Positions 26,043 to 34,846 of a DNA stretch of 64,000 nt are shown piece after piece. How positions within the stretch are numbered: position 1 is the first letter of the stretch; each line of letters starts with the position of its first letter. Origin of the DNA: Acidobacteriota bacterium (GTDB lineage Bacteria > Acidobacteriota > Thermoanaerobaculia > Gp7-AA8); assembly GCA_003223645.1 (NCBI GenBank), contig QHVT01000014.1, forward strand, positions 38,264 through 102,263, given 5' to 3'. The translations under genes were made by a program, and so were the position numbers. Under the pieces are notes generated by a model, which was not told where the DNA came from, did no database searches, and saw only the letters and a list, made by a program, of their open reading frames with translations.

Positions 26043-26954
26043 ATGCGCGGAATCAGTCAAGTGCAAGGCGGTAAACAAGATCCGCTCACGTTCTCGAAGA
26101 TGGCAGGAGGCGGAAACGACTTCGTCGTCATCGACAATCGCGGCGGGAGGGTGACGGATCCGGGCGAGCTGACGCGGCGCATCTGCACGCGCGCGCTGTC
26201 GGTCGGCGCGGACGGGCTCATCCTCATCGAGGGCGCCTCGCGCGCGACGTTGCGCATGCGCTACTACAACGCCGACGGTGGACTGGCGGCGTTCTGCGCG
26301 AACGGGACGCGTTGCGCGGCGCGGTTCGCGTTCCTCAACGTGATCGCCGGACGGCGGATGACGATCGAGACCGATGCCGGGATCGTGGCGGCGGAGATCG
26401 GCGAAGGCGGATGGGTGACGCTGACGCTCCCCGCGCCGTACGCGTTCCGCGCGCAGCGGCCGCTGATGGTGGGGGATCGGTTGATTCACGGCAGCTCGCT
26501 GATGGTCGGCGTGCCGCATTACGTGATTTTCCTGCGCGACGATCTCTGGTCGCAGAACATCGCGCCGCTGGGATCGGCGATCCGCAATCATCCCGACTTG
26601 CAGCCGGACGGCGGCGCGAACGTCAACTTCGTCGTGATTCGCGACCCGCACGCGATCGAAGTGCGAACGTACGAGCGTGGAGTCGAGAACGAGACGCTCT
26701 CCTGCGGCTCGGGCGTCGTCGCGTCGTCGGTGACGAGCGCTTTGTTCGGCAAAGTGAAGTCGCCGGTTTCGGTGCTCACGCGCAGCGGCATCACGCTGGA
26801 GGTGTCGTTCGCGCTCGCGGGCGGCGCGGTCGACAGCGTGCAGCTCAAAGGTGACGCGCGGCACATCTATCGCGCTACCATCACGCCCGAGACTCTCGAA
26901 GGGTTCGATCCGGAATTCGTCCGCGACCCGGCGTCGAGAGTCGCGGTCTCCTAA
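26043..26954 (+). CDS. dapF: Diaminopimelate epimerase
   Basis: FSKMAGGGNDFVVID, the first catalytic-Cys region AFCANGTRCAA, and a second Cys in LSCGSGV. Start is ATG 26043 or GTG 26061. Confidence 0.9.
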   Translation: MRGISQVQGGKQDPLTFSKMAGGGNDFVVIDNRGGRVTDPGELTRRICTRALSVGADGLILIEGASRATLRMRYYNADGGLAAFCANGTRCAARFAFLNVIAGRRMTIETDAGIVAAEIGEGGWVTLTLPAPYAFRAQRPLMVGDRLIHGSSLMVGVPHYVIFLRDDLWSQNIAPLGSAIRNHPDLQPDGGANVNFVVIRDPHAIEVRTYERGVENETLSCGSGVVASSVTSALFGKVKSPVSVLTRSGITLEVSFALAGGAVDSVQLKGDARHIYRATITPETLEGFDPEFVRDPASRVAVS

Positions 26955-26957
26955 AGA

Positions 26958-27998
26958 GTGAAGCACGTTCAGTGGATCATCGCCGTCGCCGTCTCGGCGT
27001 TCGCGTCGCATTTCGCCTTGCAAAACGCGACGCCGATCGATCGCGCGCTGCCGTTCATCGCGCTCGTGATTGCGGTCGTGGCGTGGACGTTCGACGACGT
27101 CGCGACGCTCATCGCCGTACCGCTGTTGATGGTGGCGGAGATTGCGATCGCGGATGAGACGATGCGCCTGGTCGCATTCGGCGTGATCGTCGCCGCAGCC
27201 CTCATCCCTCGAATTTCGAGCCTCGAGCTTCGAACCTCCTCGATTCTCACGATTGCCTCGATTCTCGTGCTGCGCTGGATCCCGCGCCCCGATCACATCG
27301 TGCGCGAAATCGTCATCATCCTCATCGCCCTCGCCACGACCTGGGTCCTCGGCCGCACTCCTTTCGCCGTCACGGTTGCCGTCCTCGCGGCGCTCTTCAC
27401 TCCCGCGGTTCCGCTGCGCACGCTCGTGCTTCCGCTGCTCGTGCTCGTCGTCGCGACGCTCGCGCGTCTCTTCGGCATGCCGCGCCTCCGCCTCGCGCTT
27501 CCCTCGGCGATCGCGCTCGCGTTCGCGCTGATCTTCTTTGCCTGGAGCGGCATCGTCGCGCGCGCGTTTCCGTATTTTCTGAAGCCGCCGCGTCCGATTG
27601 CCGAGCGTTACACGATCAACGCCGCGCTTCCCGCTTCGCGGTCGGAGACGTTCGTTGTGCCCGGCGATGCGCACGCGCTCATCGTCTCCGGCGCCAACGT
27701 TTCGCGCTTGCGCCGCGGCGCGCCCCTCGGCGTGATCGAGCCCGGCAACATCGCCGTGCGCATCGGCGACGCCGCCGATTGGGGCTACCTCCGACGCGAC
27801 CAGTTTTTCGGCACGCACAATCCGCTGCCGCGCGATCCCGCGGGACAGCTGCGCGAGTACGGCTACGACGCCTGGATCGACGGCGCGGGCCGCATCGCAT
27901 TGCCGCGCGGCGCGCGCACGATTCGCATCACCGCGGACGCGAGCCTGCCGCCCGGCGCGTCGCTGCAGGTCGAGGGATTCGAGATCGTCCGCCGATGA
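26958..27998 (+). CDS. Hypothetical polytopic membrane protein with a soluble C-terminal domain
   Basis: GTG start. About 8 hydrophobic segments followed by a ~120-aa hydrophilic C-terminus. ATGA-coupled to the next gene. Confidence 0.65.
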   Translation: MKHVQWIIAVAVSAFASHFALQNATPIDRALPFIALVIAVVAWTFDDVATLIAVPLLMVAEIAIADETMRLVAFGVIVAAALIPRISSLELRTSSILTIASILVLRWIPRPDHIVREIVIILIALATTWVLGRTPFAVTVAVLAALFTPAVPLRTLVLPLLVLVVATLARLFGMPRLRLALPSAIALAFALIFFAWSGIVARAFPYFLKPPRPIAERYTINAALPASRSETFVVPGDAHALIVSGANVSRLRRGAPLGVIEPGNIAVRIGDAADWGYLRRDQFFGTHNPLPRDPAGQLREYGYDAWIDGAGRIALPRGARTIRITADASLPPGASLQVEGFEIVRR

Positions 27999-29923
27999 TG
28001 ATCTGGACGATCTTCGCGCTGGTCGCCTTGCCGCTCGTCGTCCTGCGGCGACGTACGCTCGTCGCGTACTACGCGACCGACATCGCGACGTGGCTCCTCG
28101 CGTTGCTGCTCCATCTGCGCTTCCCCGAAGTCGACGCGTACCTCGGCTTCGTCGCGGTTGCCGTCCTCAAGCTCGCAACGTTCTCGCTGTTTCTCGCACG
28201 CGGCACGGACGTCCGCTGGTCCGCGAATCGCGCCGCGCTCGTCGCGGCGATCGTCTACACGTTGACCATCCCGGCGATGCTGCGCACGCCGATCGACGGC
28301 GACGAGCCGTACTATCTCCTCGTCACCGAGTCGATCGTGCACGACGGCGATCTCGATCTTGCCAATCAGTACCGCACGATCGAGCACACCGCCAGCGGCC
28401 GCCGCGACCTCGGGCCGCAGTTCGGCGATCCGGTCGGCAAACACGGCGAGCAGTACTCGCGTCACGAGCCGTTCCTGCCGCTGCTGATGGCGCCCGGCTA
28501 CGCGATCGCGGGACTTCCCGGCGCGATTGCCGTCATCGCGCTGTTCGGCGTACTCCTCGTCCGCTCGACCGTGCGCTGGATGGAAGACGAAGGCGTGAGC
28601 GACGCCGCCGCGCGCGCCGTCTTTCCGTTCTTCGCCTTCGGCCCGCCCGTGCTGTTCTACGCGACGCGCATCTGGCCCGAAGTGCCGGCCGCGTTTTTCT
28701 ACGTCGAGAGTCTGCGCGGATTGCGCAATCAGCGGGTGCAACGCTGGCTGCCGGCGATGGTCGCGCTGGTCTTGTTGAAATTGCGATTCGTGCTGCTCGC
28801 GATCGGCCTCGTCGCGATGCATGTCATCCCGAGCGTAGCGAGGAACCTGGGCGGGCGGGGCGCGAAGACCAGACCTCGCAGCCCCTCCCGCCCAGGTCCC
28901 TCGCTCACGCTCGGGATGACAATCGTGGCGATCCTCGCGATTCCGCTCCTCATCGCGTACCTCGTCACCGGCAACGCGTTCCTCGCGCACAACTGGCGCG
29001 AGCTGGTCCCTGCCGGCAATTACGCGCGCGGCATCGCCGGCCTTCTCGCCGACGGCATGAGCGGCATCGCGTTCCAGGCGCCCTTCTATCTCCTCGGTCT
29101 CTTCGCGCTCACGCGCTGGCGCTCGTCGCCGCGCGGATTTCGCACCGGCATGCTCGCGTCGCTGCTGTACATCCTCTATCTCGCGCCGCGTCCGGAATGG
29201 TTCGGCGGCTGGGCGCCGCCGCTGCGCTACATCGTCTTCCTCACGCCCGTTCTCGCGTTAGGCGCAGCCGCGGTGTGGGACCGCGTCTCACCCGGCTTCG
29301 TCGCGATCATCGCCGCGTGGACGATCGGCCTCACGATTTACGGCGTCGCGCGCCCGTTCCGTCTCTTCCACATTTCCAATGGCGAGAACGCGATCGGCGA
29401 GTGGCTGTCGAGACACTATCTCGCCGACTTCTCGCGCCTCTTCCCGAGCTTCATCCGCATGAACGCCGCCGCGTGGATCGGCGTCGCTGTCGTGATCGCG
29501 CTGATTCTTCTCGTGATCCCGAAGCGCAAGATCGATCTCGCAATCCCGCTCTTTGCGCTTGCCCTCGGCATCGGCTTTCGCACGGGCTTGAATCCCGCGA
29601 ACCATGTCGAGTTCGAAGACGCGCACGTGATGCACGACAGCAGCAAGCTCTATCCGAAGTTCTACACGTTGATGCGCGTGGCGTATCGCGGCGGATGGGT
29701 GCTCGAGGCGCCCGACTCGATCTCCTTTCTGGCGAACGAGGGAACGTGGAGGCTCGACTACATCAGCGGTCCCGGCGCGACGATCGAGCTCGCCGGCCGC
29801 ACGTACCACGCGCCTGCGACCGATCGCTACGCGTCGATCCAGGTCGTCGTCCCGAAGTCGGGACGCGTGCAGCTGCGCTGCGTTGACGGATCGATCAATG
29901 TTGATCGGATGGTCCATGACTGA
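27995..29923 (+). CDS. GT-C-like (ArnT/PMT-type) integral membrane glycosyltransferase candidate
   Basis: ORF 27779..29923, start moved to ATG 27995. More than 10 TM segments. Acidic first-loop motif PIDGDEPYY. C-terminal soluble domain. Contains an in-frame R2 element. Confidence 0.6.
   Translation: MMIWTIFALVALPLVVLRRRTLVAYYATDIATWLLALLLHLRFPEVDAYLGFVAVAVLKLATFSLFLARGTDVRWSANRAALVAAIVYTLTIPAMLRTPIDGDEPYYLLVTESIVHDGDLDLANQYRTIEHTASGRRDLGPQFGDPVGKHGEQYSRHEPFLPLLMAPGYAIAGLPGAIAVIALFGVLLVRSTVRWMEDEGVSDAAARAVFPFFAFGPPVLFYATRIWPEVPAAFFYVESLRGLRNQRVQRWLPAMVALVLLKLRFVLLAIGLVAMHVIPSVARNLGGRGAKTRPRSPSRPGPSLTLGMTIVAILAIPLLIAYLVTGNAFLAHNWRELVPAGNYARGIAGLLADGMSGIAFQAPFYLLGLFALTRWRSSPRGFRTGMLASLLYILYLAPRPEWFGGWAPPLRYIVFLTPVLALGAAAVWDRVSPGFVAIIAAWTIGLTIYGVARPFRLFHISNGENAIGEWLSRHYLADFSRLFPSFIRMNAAAWIGVAVVIALILLVIPKRKIDLAIPLFALALGIGFRTGLNPANHVEFEDAHVMHDSSKLYPKFYTLMRVAYRGGWVLEAPDSISFLANEGTWRLDYISGPGATIELAGRTYHAPATDRYASIQVVVPKSGRVQLRCVDGSINVDRMVHD
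28823..28920. repeat. R2 palindromic element, copy b, in frame within the GT-C-like CDS
   Basis: GTCATCCCGAGCGTAGCGAGGAACCTGGGCGGG...CCCGCCCAGGTCCCTCGCTCACGCTCGGGATGAC, translated as VIPSVARNLGGRGAKTRPRSPSRPGPSLTLGMT. Confidence 0.85.
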
Positions 29924-30713
29924 CGTCGATTTGGAGATTGATCTGATCGTCCTCGACATCGACGGCGGTCCAATGCTCGACGAATGTCTCTCCTCAATCC
30001 GCGCGCAGACGGCCCCGCCGCGATCGGTCGTCGTATTCGACAACGGCTCGCGCATTCCGACGCGCGCACAGAACGTCATCCGCAGCGAAACGAACCTCGG
30101 CTTTGCACGCGGAGTGAACGAAGCGTTCGCGCACACGACGGCGCCGTACGTCGGCGTCATCAACAACGACGTCGTGCTCGATCCTGACTGGCTCGAACAC
30201 GTGCGCGGCGCGCTCGATCGCGACGAACAGCTCGCCGCCGTGCAGACGATCATCCGCCGCCCCGACGGCGCGATCGACGGCGCCGGCGTTGACATCAGCG
30301 ACGGTACGTTTCGCCAGATCGGTTACGGCCAGGAGATCGGCGCGCCGCTTGCCGTCGCCTGGGGCGTCTCCGCCACGGCCACGCTCTACCGCCGCTCCGC
30401 TCTCGGCGGCCGCGTGTTCGAAGAACGCCTCTTCGCGTACTACGAAGACGTCGAATTGTCCGCGCGCCTCCGCGCTTCCGGCTGGCGCGTTGCCGTGCTC
30501 CCCGTCGTCAAGGCCACGCATCGCGGCTCGATGAGCGCGCGCGTGCTCGGCCGCCGCGCGCTGCGTCTCCGCACGCGCAACCGCTACCTCGTCGCGCGCA
30601 TGCATCGCGGCGCGGGACGCATCGGCGCGCTGTTGTGGGAAGATGCGCGGCTCGCGCTGCGCGGCCGCACCTCGCTCGCCGGCGTGATCGAAGGTCTATG
30701 GTCCAGGTTGTAG
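29916..30713 (+). CDS. Glycosyltransferase family 2
   Basis: DLIVLDIDGGPMLDECLSSIRAQT, FDNGS, and GAGVDISDG...YYEDVELSARL (rhamnosyltransferase-like GT2). Confidence 0.8.
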   Translation: MTDVDLEIDLIVLDIDGGPMLDECLSSIRAQTAPPRSVVVFDNGSRIPTRAQNVIRSETNLGFARGVNEAFAHTTAPYVGVINNDVVLDPDWLEHVRGALDRDEQLAAVQTIIRRPDGAIDGAGVDISDGTFRQIGYGQEIGAPLAVAWGVSATATLYRRSALGGRVFEERLFAYYEDVELSARLRASGWRVAVLPVVKATHRGSMSARVLGRRALRLRTRNRYLVARMHRGAGRIGALLWEDARLALRGRTSLAGVIEGLWSRL

Positions 30714-31804
30714 TCCACACCCCAGACGTCGTCGGCGAGCGCATGGCCGGCCCCGGCATCCGCGCCTCGCACCTCGCAGCGGAGCTGGCCAAACATTTCG
30801 ACGTGACGTTGATCGCGCGAATGGAGGATAGGCAATCTTGCCTGTCCGGACAGGCAGGATTGCCTGTCCTCCACCACGGCAGCGCAGCCGCCCGCTCCGC
30901 CATCCGCAACGCCGACGTCCTCATCGGCCAGCCCGCGCGCGGATTCCGCGTGCGCCGCCCGCATCAGAAAATCATCTACGATCTCTTCGATCCCACCGTC
31001 CTCGAGCTGCGCGAGCTTTACGGCAACAAGCCCTCTTTGCGGCAGCGCGTGCATCTCGCGGCGGAGTGGTGGCGATTGTCGGAAGCGCTGATGCGCGCGG
31101 ACCTCCTCATCTGCGCCTCGGCGAAGCAGCGCGAGTTCTACGCGCAGCTGCAGAGCAGCGACCCGTCGTGGATCGAAGTGCCGTTCGGTGTCGACCTGAA
31201 CGAAGTGCGCGCATGCGAGAAGCCGCGCGACAACATCGTCGTGTGGGGCGGCGGGTTGTGGGAGTGGCTCGATCCGGCGAGTGCGGTCGATGCGATCGTG
31301 CGGCTGAATCGCGAAGGCGTGCGCGCGAAGCTCTTGTTTCTCGGACGCGCACGTCCGAACGTCAATCTGATTGATCGCCGCCGCGAGGATCGTTTCGATG
31401 ACCTGCTCGTGCGCGGCGAAGGACACGTGGCCGCGAACGCCGAGTGGGTTCCGTATCGCGAGCGCCTCGCATGGCTGCGCTCCGGCAAAATCGCTATCAT
31501 GCTCCATCGTCGTACGGCGGAAGCCGACTACTCGATTCGAACGCGGCTCTTCGACGCGATCGCCGCCGCCACACCGGTCGTGGCGACGGCCGGCGGGTTC
31601 GCCGCCGATCTCGTCGCACGCGAACGCCTCGGCATCGTCGTTCCGCCGGAAGACGCCGGAGCGGTAGCGGAGGCGATTCGAGTGCTGCTCACGAACGACG
31701 AATTCTTCGCGGCATGCGTAGAACGGTTGGAAGCGATCCGGCCCGGGTTCGCGTGGGAGGTCGTGACGCGTCCGCTGGTGGATGCGATTTTGAAATGGCA
31801 GTGA
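30698..31804 (+). CDS. Glycosyltransferase (GT-B fold, GT4-like)
   Basis: ORF 30635..31804, start moved to ATG 30698. GT-B C-terminal pattern (WGGGLWEWLD..., RTRLFDAIAAATPVV). Contains an in-frame R3 element. Confidence 0.7.
   Translation: MVQVVVHTPDVVGERMAGPGIRASHLAAELAKHFDVTLIARMEDRQSCLSGQAGLPVLHHGSAAARSAIRNADVLIGQPARGFRVRRPHQKIIYDLFDPTVLELRELYGNKPSLRQRVHLAAEWWRLSEALMRADLLICASAKQREFYAQLQSSDPSWIEVPFGVDLNEVRACEKPRDNIVVWGGGLWEWLDPASAVDAIVRLNREGVRAKLLFLGRARPNVNLIDRRREDRFDDLLVRGEGHVAANAEWVPYRERLAWLRSGKIAIMLHRRTAEADYSIRTRLFDAIAAATPVVATAGGFAADLVARERLGIVVPPEDAGAVAEAIRVLLTNDEFFAACVERLEAIRPGFAWEVVTRPLVDAILKWQ
30822..30874. repeat. R3 palindromic element, copy b, in frame within the GT4-like CDS
   Basis: TGGAGGATAGGCAATCTTGCCTGTCCGGACAGGCAGGATTGCCTGTCCTCCAC, translated as MEDRQSCLSGQAGLPVLH. 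Confidence 0.85.
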
Positions 31805-31815
31805 TAGAAACCGAT

Positions 31816-31892
31816 GTCATCCTGAGCGAAGCGAAGGATCCTCCGCGTCCTTGCGCCGGGGCTCCTTCGCCGTCTTCGCGGCTCAGGATGAC
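31816..31892. repeat. R2-related palindromic element, variant (GTCATCCTGAGCGAAGCGAAGGATCC...GCGGCTCAGGATGAC)
   Basis: Lies in the 84-nt gap between the GT4-like stop and the GT2 start. The right arm contains the GT2 ATG (31888). Confidence 0.8.
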
Positions 31893-32769
31893 GGATTTGT
31901 CCATCCTGATCGTGACGTGGAACAGCGAGCGCTGGATCGATCGCTGTCTTCGCTCAATCCCGGCCGCGTGCGAAGGGCTCGAATACGAAGTCGTCGTGCA
32001 CGACAACTCGCACGAGAACATCGGCTTCGCCGCGGGAACGAATCGCGCGTTCGCAAAGTCGCGCGGCCGCTATGCGCTGCTCCTGAATCCCGACTGCGAG
32101 CTCGAGCCACGCGCGCTCACGCAGCTGTACGACTTCCTCGAGTCGCGTCCGCACATCGCCGCCGCGGTGCCGCTGCTCGTCGACGACCAGGGACGAGCGC
32201 AGCGCGAGTTCCAGCTGCGGCGCTTTCCGACGCTCGGCTCGTTCGCGACGGAAGTGTTGTTGCTCGACAAGCTCTTTCCGCGAAATCCGACGACGGCGCA
32301 CTATCGCTATCGCGACCTCGATCTCACGGAGCCGCGCCGCATCGAACAGCCGGCGGCGGCGGCGATGCTGATCCGGCGCGATGCATTCGACGACGTCGGA
32401 CCGCTCGACGAACAGTTCGCGCCGGCATGGTTCGAAGACGTCGACTTCTGCCGGCGCCTTGCCGAACGGAAGCGCGAAGTGTGGGTCGTGCCGGATGCGC
32501 GCGCGCGCCACTTCGGCGGCGCGAGCCTCGAGCACATGCCGGTCTCGCGCTTCATCGAAGTGTGGTACGCGAACATGTGGCGCTACGCGAAAAAGTGGCT
32601 GCGGCCGGCGGAGGCGGAAGGACTGCGCTGGATCATCATCGGCGGCATGATGATGCGCTGCGCGGCGGCGCTCGTCGGCGTGAAGCACCGCGGCGCGACG
32701 CGCGGCGAGGCGGTGCGCGCATACTTGAGCGTGATGAGGAATGCGTTCGGACGTTGGAAGCCGAACTGA
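31888..32769 (+). CDS. Glycosyltransferase family 2
   Basis: ORF 31444..32769, start moved to ATG 31888. MTDLSILIVTWNSERWIDRCLRS, LLNPDCEL, WFEDVDFCRR. Confidence 0.85.
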   Translation: MTDLSILIVTWNSERWIDRCLRSIPAACEGLEYEVVVHDNSHENIGFAAGTNRAFAKSRGRYALLLNPDCELEPRALTQLYDFLESRPHIAAAVPLLVDDQGRAQREFQLRRFPTLGSFATEVLLLDKLFPRNPTTAHYRYRDLDLTEPRRIEQPAAAAMLIRRDAFDDVGPLDEQFAPAWFEDVDFCRRLAERKREVWVVPDARARHFGGASLEHMPVSRFIEVWYANMWRYAKKWLRPAEAEGLRWIIIGGMMMRCAAALVGVKHRGATRGEAVRAYLSVMRNAFGRWKPN

Positions 32770-33674
32770 GGGTCGTCTCGATCGTCGTCGTCACTTGGAA
32801 CAGCGCGCGATATCTGCCGCGCTGTCTCGAAGGCATCCGCGCGCAAACGCATCGCGACCTCGAAGTGATCGCCGTCGACAACGCGTCGAGCGACGATTCC
32901 GCGTCATACTTTGATCGCGTCATCCGCAACGCCTCCAACCGCGGCTTCAGCGCGGCCGTGAATCAGGCACTCGCCGTCGCGCGCGGCGAATTCGTGCTGC
33001 TGCTCAATCCCGATTGTTTTCTCGCGCCCGACTACATCTCGCAACTGTTGCCGGTTTTTGATGATGAGCACGTCGGCTCCGCGACAGGCTTGCTGTATCG
33101 CGAGAGCGGAGACGGAGTCGACTCCGCGGGCATGCGGATGACGCGGAGCGGACGCCATCTCGACATCGCGGTCGCGCCGAAAGAACGGACGGAAGTGTTC
33201 GGAGTCAGCGGCGCGGCGGCGATGCATCGCATGTCCTTCCTGCGCGATGCCGCGATCGACGGCGAGATTTTGGACGAAGATTTCTTCGCCTATCGCGAAG
33301 ACGCCGATCTCGCCTGGCGGGGGCGTCTCTTCGGCTGGCGCGCCGTCTGCGAGCCGCGCGCGATCGCGCATCACGTGCGCCGCGTGACGCCGGAGACGCG
33401 GCGCACGTTGCCGCCTGAAGTGAACATGCATTCGGTGAAGAACCGCTTTCTGCTGCGCTTCAAAAACGAAGGCGCATACCTCGCGCTGCGCAACGCGCCG
33501 TTCGAGCTGTTTCGCGACTTCGTCGTCCTCGTTGCCGCGCTGACGATCGAGCGGACATCGCTTCCCGCATTCGCCTGGCTATGGCGCAATCATGCGCGCG
33601 TGCACGCGAAGCGCCGCGCGATTCAGCAACGCCGCAAGGTGAGCGACCGCGAGCTCGCGAGGTGGTTTCGTTGA
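32754..33674 (+). CDS. Glycosyltransferase family 2
   Basis: Part of ORF 31851..33674. VSIVVVTWNSARYLPRCLEGI, VDNASSDDS, LLNPDCFL, YREDADLAWR. The TTG 32754 start is tentative. Confidence 0.8.
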   Translation: MEAELRVVSIVVVTWNSARYLPRCLEGIRAQTHRDLEVIAVDNASSDDSASYFDRVIRNASNRGFSAAVNQALAVARGEFVLLLNPDCFLAPDYISQLLPVFDDEHVGSATGLLYRESGDGVDSAGMRMTRSGRHLDIAVAPKERTEVFGVSGAAAMHRMSFLRDAAIDGEILDEDFFAYREDADLAWRGRLFGWRAVCEPRAIAHHVRRVTPETRRTLPPEVNMHSVKNRFLLRFKNEGAYLALRNAPFELFRDFVVLVAALTIERTSLPAFAWLWRNHARVHAKRRAIQQRRKVSDRELARWFR

Positions 33675-34804
33675 AGATCGCCATCCTCGGCACGCGCGGC
33701 GTTCCTCCCGCGTACGGCGGCTTCGAGACCTTCGCCGGGGAGTTGTCGACGCGGCTCGCGCATCGCGGTCACGACGTGTACGTCTACTGCCGTAGTGGAG
33801 CGGCGCCCGCTTCGGGCGCCGGTTTGTGCGAAAAGCCGGCGGCCGAAGCGGCCGCCGCTCCACTTTGGAACGGCGTCCATCGCATCGAGCTCCCCGCCAT
33901 CCGCCACAAATACTTCGAGACCGTCAGTCACACGCTCCTCTCCGCACTCGACGCGCTGTTCCGCGACTTCGACGCCGTCCTCGTCTGCAACGCCGCGAAT
34001 GCGTTCGTGCTCCCGCTGCTGCGCGCGAAGCGCATGCGTGTCGCCATCAACGTTGACGGCATCGAGCGCCGCCGCCGCAAGTGGAACGCGTTCGGCCGCG
34101 CGGTGTACGCGATCGGCGAGGCGTTCTCGGCAAGCTTCGCGACGGTCATCGCCGACGCGGAAGTGATCGCGCGCTACTACCGCGAGCAATATCAAATCGA
34201 CCCGGTCGTGATTCCGTACGGCGCGGAGTTTCCCGACGAAGAAGACTCCGACGTGCTGCAGCGACTCGGCGTGAAGGACTACATCCTCTACGTCAGCCGC
34301 TTCGAGCCGGAGAACAACCCGCTCGAAGTCGTCCGCGAGTACGAGCGGCTCCGAAACGCGCCGCCATTGGTGATGGTCGGCACCGGCCTATACGCCCTCG
34401 ACCTCGTCGCCGAACTGCATCGTCACGCCAGCGACAAGATCCTCCTCCCCGGAGCGATTTACGGACGCGATTACCGCACGCTCCAGCGCAACGCACTCCT
34501 CTACATCCAAGCCACGGAAGTCGGCGGTACGCATCCCGCGCTCATCGAGGCGATGGCCTCGGGTGGCCGCGTCCTCGCCCACGACACCCCCGAGAACCGG
34601 GAAGCGGGAGGCGATGCCGTCGGTTACTTCGATGTCCATGCGTCCGGCGAGCTGTCAGGCATGATTTCCGAATTCCTCCGCAATCCGTTGCAACGGGACG
34701 AGTTACGCGCGCGCGCCCGGCTCCGCGCGTCCCGGCTATACTCCTGGGAACGGGTCACGGATGCGTATGAGCGACTGTTCGGCTCGCACGGGCTAGACGC
34801 TTGA
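33671..34804 (+). CDS. Glycosyltransferase family 4 with a DUF1972-type N-terminus
   Basis: (L/M)KIAILGTRGVPPAYGGFETFAGELSTRL, NVDGIERRRRKWN, EVGGTHPALIEAMASG. Start is TTG 33671 or GTG 33662. Contains an in-frame R1 element. Confidence 0.85.
   Translation: MKIAILGTRGVPPAYGGFETFAGELSTRLAHRGHDVYVYCRSGAAPASGAGLCEKPAAEAAAAPLWNGVHRIELPAIRHKYFETVSHTLLSALDALFRDFDAVLVCNAANAFVLPLLRAKRMRVAINVDGIERRRRKWNAFGRAVYAIGEAFSASFATVIADAEVIARYYREQYQIDPVVIPYGAEFPDEEDSDVLQRLGVKDYILYVSRFEPENNPLEVVREYERLRNAPPLVMVGTGLYALDLVAELHRHASDKILLPGAIYGRDYRTLQRNALLYIQATEVGGTHPALIEAMASGGRVLAHDTPENREAGGDAVGYFDVHASGELSGMISEFLRNPLQRDELRARARLRASRLYSWERVTDAYERLFGSHGLDA
33795..33863. repeat. R1 palindromic element, copy d, in frame within the GT4/DUF1972 CDS
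   Basis: GTGGAGCGGCGCCCGCTTCGGGCGCCGG...CCGGCGGCCGAAGCGGCCGCCGCTCCAC, translated as SGAAPASGAGLCEKPAAEAAAAPL. Confidence 0.85.
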
Positions 34805-34846
34805 TCTGCACGCGCCGTAGTAGAAGAAGCGAAGACTGACTGGACA

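Noticed and set aside
25989-27818. Long antisense or alternate-frame ORFs (e.g. 128..1165 -, 7883..9373 -, 15335..17323 -, 25989..27818 -, 34793..35914 -, 38791..40194 +, 56471..58225 -, 61967..63922 -, 8446..10605 +)
   Set aside because: These are typical high-GC shadow ORFs: Arg/Ala/Asp/His-rich, with no motifs. Each overlaps a gene that has clear family signatures on the other strand or frame.
31444-31887. N-terminal extension of the GT2 ORF (31444..32769) across the R2-variant repeat
   Set aside because: The extension overlaps the 3' part of the preceding GT4-like gene in another frame and reads through the palindrome (VILSEAKDPPRP...). The GT2 consensus N-terminus (MTDLSILIVTWN) starts at ATG 31888.
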